From the NCBI GenBank assembly GCA_049520075.1, contig JBEKQD010000002.1, positions 34,426 to 98,425 of the forward strand: a stretch of 64,000 nt of DNA, in the 5' to 3' direction. The position numbers and the translations under genes are program-made. This DNA comes from Terracidiphilus sp. Lineage in GTDB: Bacteria; Acidobacteriota; Terriglobia; Terriglobales; Acidobacteriaceae. The notes beneath the pieces were generated by a model. The model was not told the origin of the DNA. It did not search any database and worked only from the letters and a program-made list of their open reading frames with translations. Below are positions 62,991 to 64,000 of this stretch, one piece after another. The first letter of the stretch is position 1. The number at the start of each line of letters is the position of its first letter.

Positions 62991-63829
62991 AGAATTCCTC
63001 ACCCATTCGCGTCGCGCTTTTCCTGTTGCTGTCCTTGGCTGCGATGTCGGCAAACGCATCGCCCTACCAAAGCACCACAGGTGCAGGAGCCGGAGTTCCT
63101 GTTGAGCAACCCCGTTTGACACGAGTGCCGCCACCCGACGCCCCAATCGTAATGGGCACGGCGCCGTCGAATCCGAACGAATTGCGAATTACAGGGCTAG
63201 GGGGCGGCTCTGCGCAATGGACAATCGTTGTCCTGCTGACTTTTCTCACCCTCGTACCATCAATTCTTATCTGCATGACGCCGTTCGCGCGGCTCCTGAT
63301 TGTCTTTCACTTCCTCCGGCAGGCGCTGGGTTTGCAGACGACGCCATCTAATCAGACCTTGATTGGTCTTTCAGTCATCATGACGTTTTTTCTGATGCAG
63401 CCAATTGGCATGGTCATCTATCGCGATTCCGTCGTGCCGTTGCAAGAAGGCAAAATCACCGCCCTCGATGCGCTGGTGCGCGGAGGGGTGCCGATGCGTC
63501 AGTTCATGTCGCACTATGTTCGCGAAAAGGACGTAGCGCTCTTTCTCGATATAGCCAAGGAACCTCGTCCCGCGAACATCAACGATGTCTCATTCCGCGT
63601 TTTGTTGCCTGCATACATCCTCTCCGAGCTGAAAGCAGGATTTCAAATCGGAGCCGTACTCTTTCTGCCGTTTCTGGTAGTCGATATGGTTGTTGCGTCC
63701 ATCACTACTTCTGTCGGAATGATGCAGTTGCCGCCAGTCGTCATTTCCACGCCGCTGAAGCTTCTTCTGTTTCTCATGGTAGATGGCTGGCACCTTCTTA
63801 TAGGTGCGTTGATGAGGAGTTTCAACTAA
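62987..63829 (+). CDS. fliP: flagellar export apparatus protein FliP
   Basis: Signal peptide MKNSSPIRVALFLLLSLAAMSANA, then MTPFARLLIVFHFLRQALG, LIGLSVIMTFFLMQP and FLPFLVVDMVVASI. Confidence 0.95.
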   Translation: MKNSSPIRVALFLLLSLAAMSANASPYQSTTGAGAGVPVEQPRLTRVPPPDAPIVMGTAPSNPNELRITGLGGGSAQWTIVVLLTFLTLVPSILICMTPFARLLIVFHFLRQALGLQTTPSNQTLIGLSVIMTFFLMQPIGMVIYRDSVVPLQEGKITALDALVRGGVPMRQFMSHYVREKDVALFLDIAKEPRPANINDVSFRVLLPAYILSELKAGFQIGAVLFLPFLVVDMVVASITTSVGMMQLPPVVISTPLKLLLFLMVDGWHLLIGALMRSFN

Positions 63830-64000
63830 TGGGCGTGGATGAAGTAGTTCTGTTGGGGCGTCTGATGCTGCAGGAGGTTGTGATTCTCATCGCGCCTGTC
63901 CTGTTAGTAGCGATTGCTGTCAGCCTCGTCGTTAACATTCTGCAGGTGCTCACTTCCCTTCAGGACCAGACTCTGTCTCATGTGCCTCGCCTGCTGGCCA
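63829..64000 (+). CDS. fliQ: flagellar export apparatus protein FliQ (3' end beyond window)
   Basis: ATG 63829 overlaps the fliP TAA (TAATG). MGVDEVVLLGRLMLQEVVILIAPVLLVAIAVSLVVNILQVLTSLQDQTLSHVPRLLA matches the FliQ N-terminal two-thirds. No stop before base 64000. Confidence 0.85.
   Translation, partial: MGVDEVVLLGRLMLQEVVILIAPVLLVAIAVSLVVNILQVLTSLQDQTLSHVPRLLA

Noticed and set aside
1-64000. Scan for CRISPR arrays, IS elements, integrases, phage genes, toxin-antitoxin or known defence-system genes, tRNA/rRNA
   Set aside because: No regularly spaced direct repeats. No transposase, integrase or phage-like translations in the six-frame track. No cloverleaf-like or rRNA-like segments recognised. 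The only repeats found are those listed as features.

Overview
64-kb window from a moderately GC-rich bacterial chromosome. Gene content and one intergenic repeat remind me of Acidobacteriota, but I cannot verify the taxon.

**1-20.6 kb (mostly minus strand):**
- pyrF 3' end, a small zinc-ribbon protein, a PNPOx-like flavoprotein, a CPBP protease, accA and mntP.
- A three-gene NuoE-like / NuoF::GltD-fusion / HoxU-like redox operon with no catalytic partner gene.
- A ~1230-aa GH13-like alpha-amylase-family protein.
- A TetR-TolC-HlyD-2x ABC ATPase-2x ABC-2 permease efflux operon, interrupted by a 360-nt repeat-rich spacer.

**20.7-28 kb:** a lower-GC cassette of tailoring enzymes: PHP phosphoesterase, ATP-grasp, CE4-like deacetylase, two methyltransferases and a secreted beta-helix protein.

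**28-64 kb (almost all plus strand):** a motility supercluster, in this order:
- STAS, soluble MCP, cheY, cheA, MCP, cheW, MCP, cheR, cheD, cheB.
- A tandem-PilZ protein, motAB, PAS-GGDEF-EAL and a PilZ-like gene.
- An OmpR-type regulator plus a degenerate kinase.
- A sigma-54 activator without a DNA-binding domain, then a PAS kinase plus NtrC-type regulator.
- flgBC-fliEFGHIJK-flgDE and fliNOPQ.

I recognised no rRNA, tRNA, CRISPR array, transposase or integrase.

**Most notable observations:**
- A set of five sigma-28-like promoter boxes with fixed geometry in front of the che, mot and c-di-GMP genes.
- A c-di-GMP receptor/phosphodiesterase module wrapped around motAB.
- A FleQ/FleSR-like cascade whose first activator lacks an HTH, next to a pseudo-kinase.
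- The orphan NuoEF-GltD-HoxU module.
- An oversized repeat-containing FliK and a truncated FlgD.

All calls rest on reading the translations and the DNA by eye. No database search was possible.
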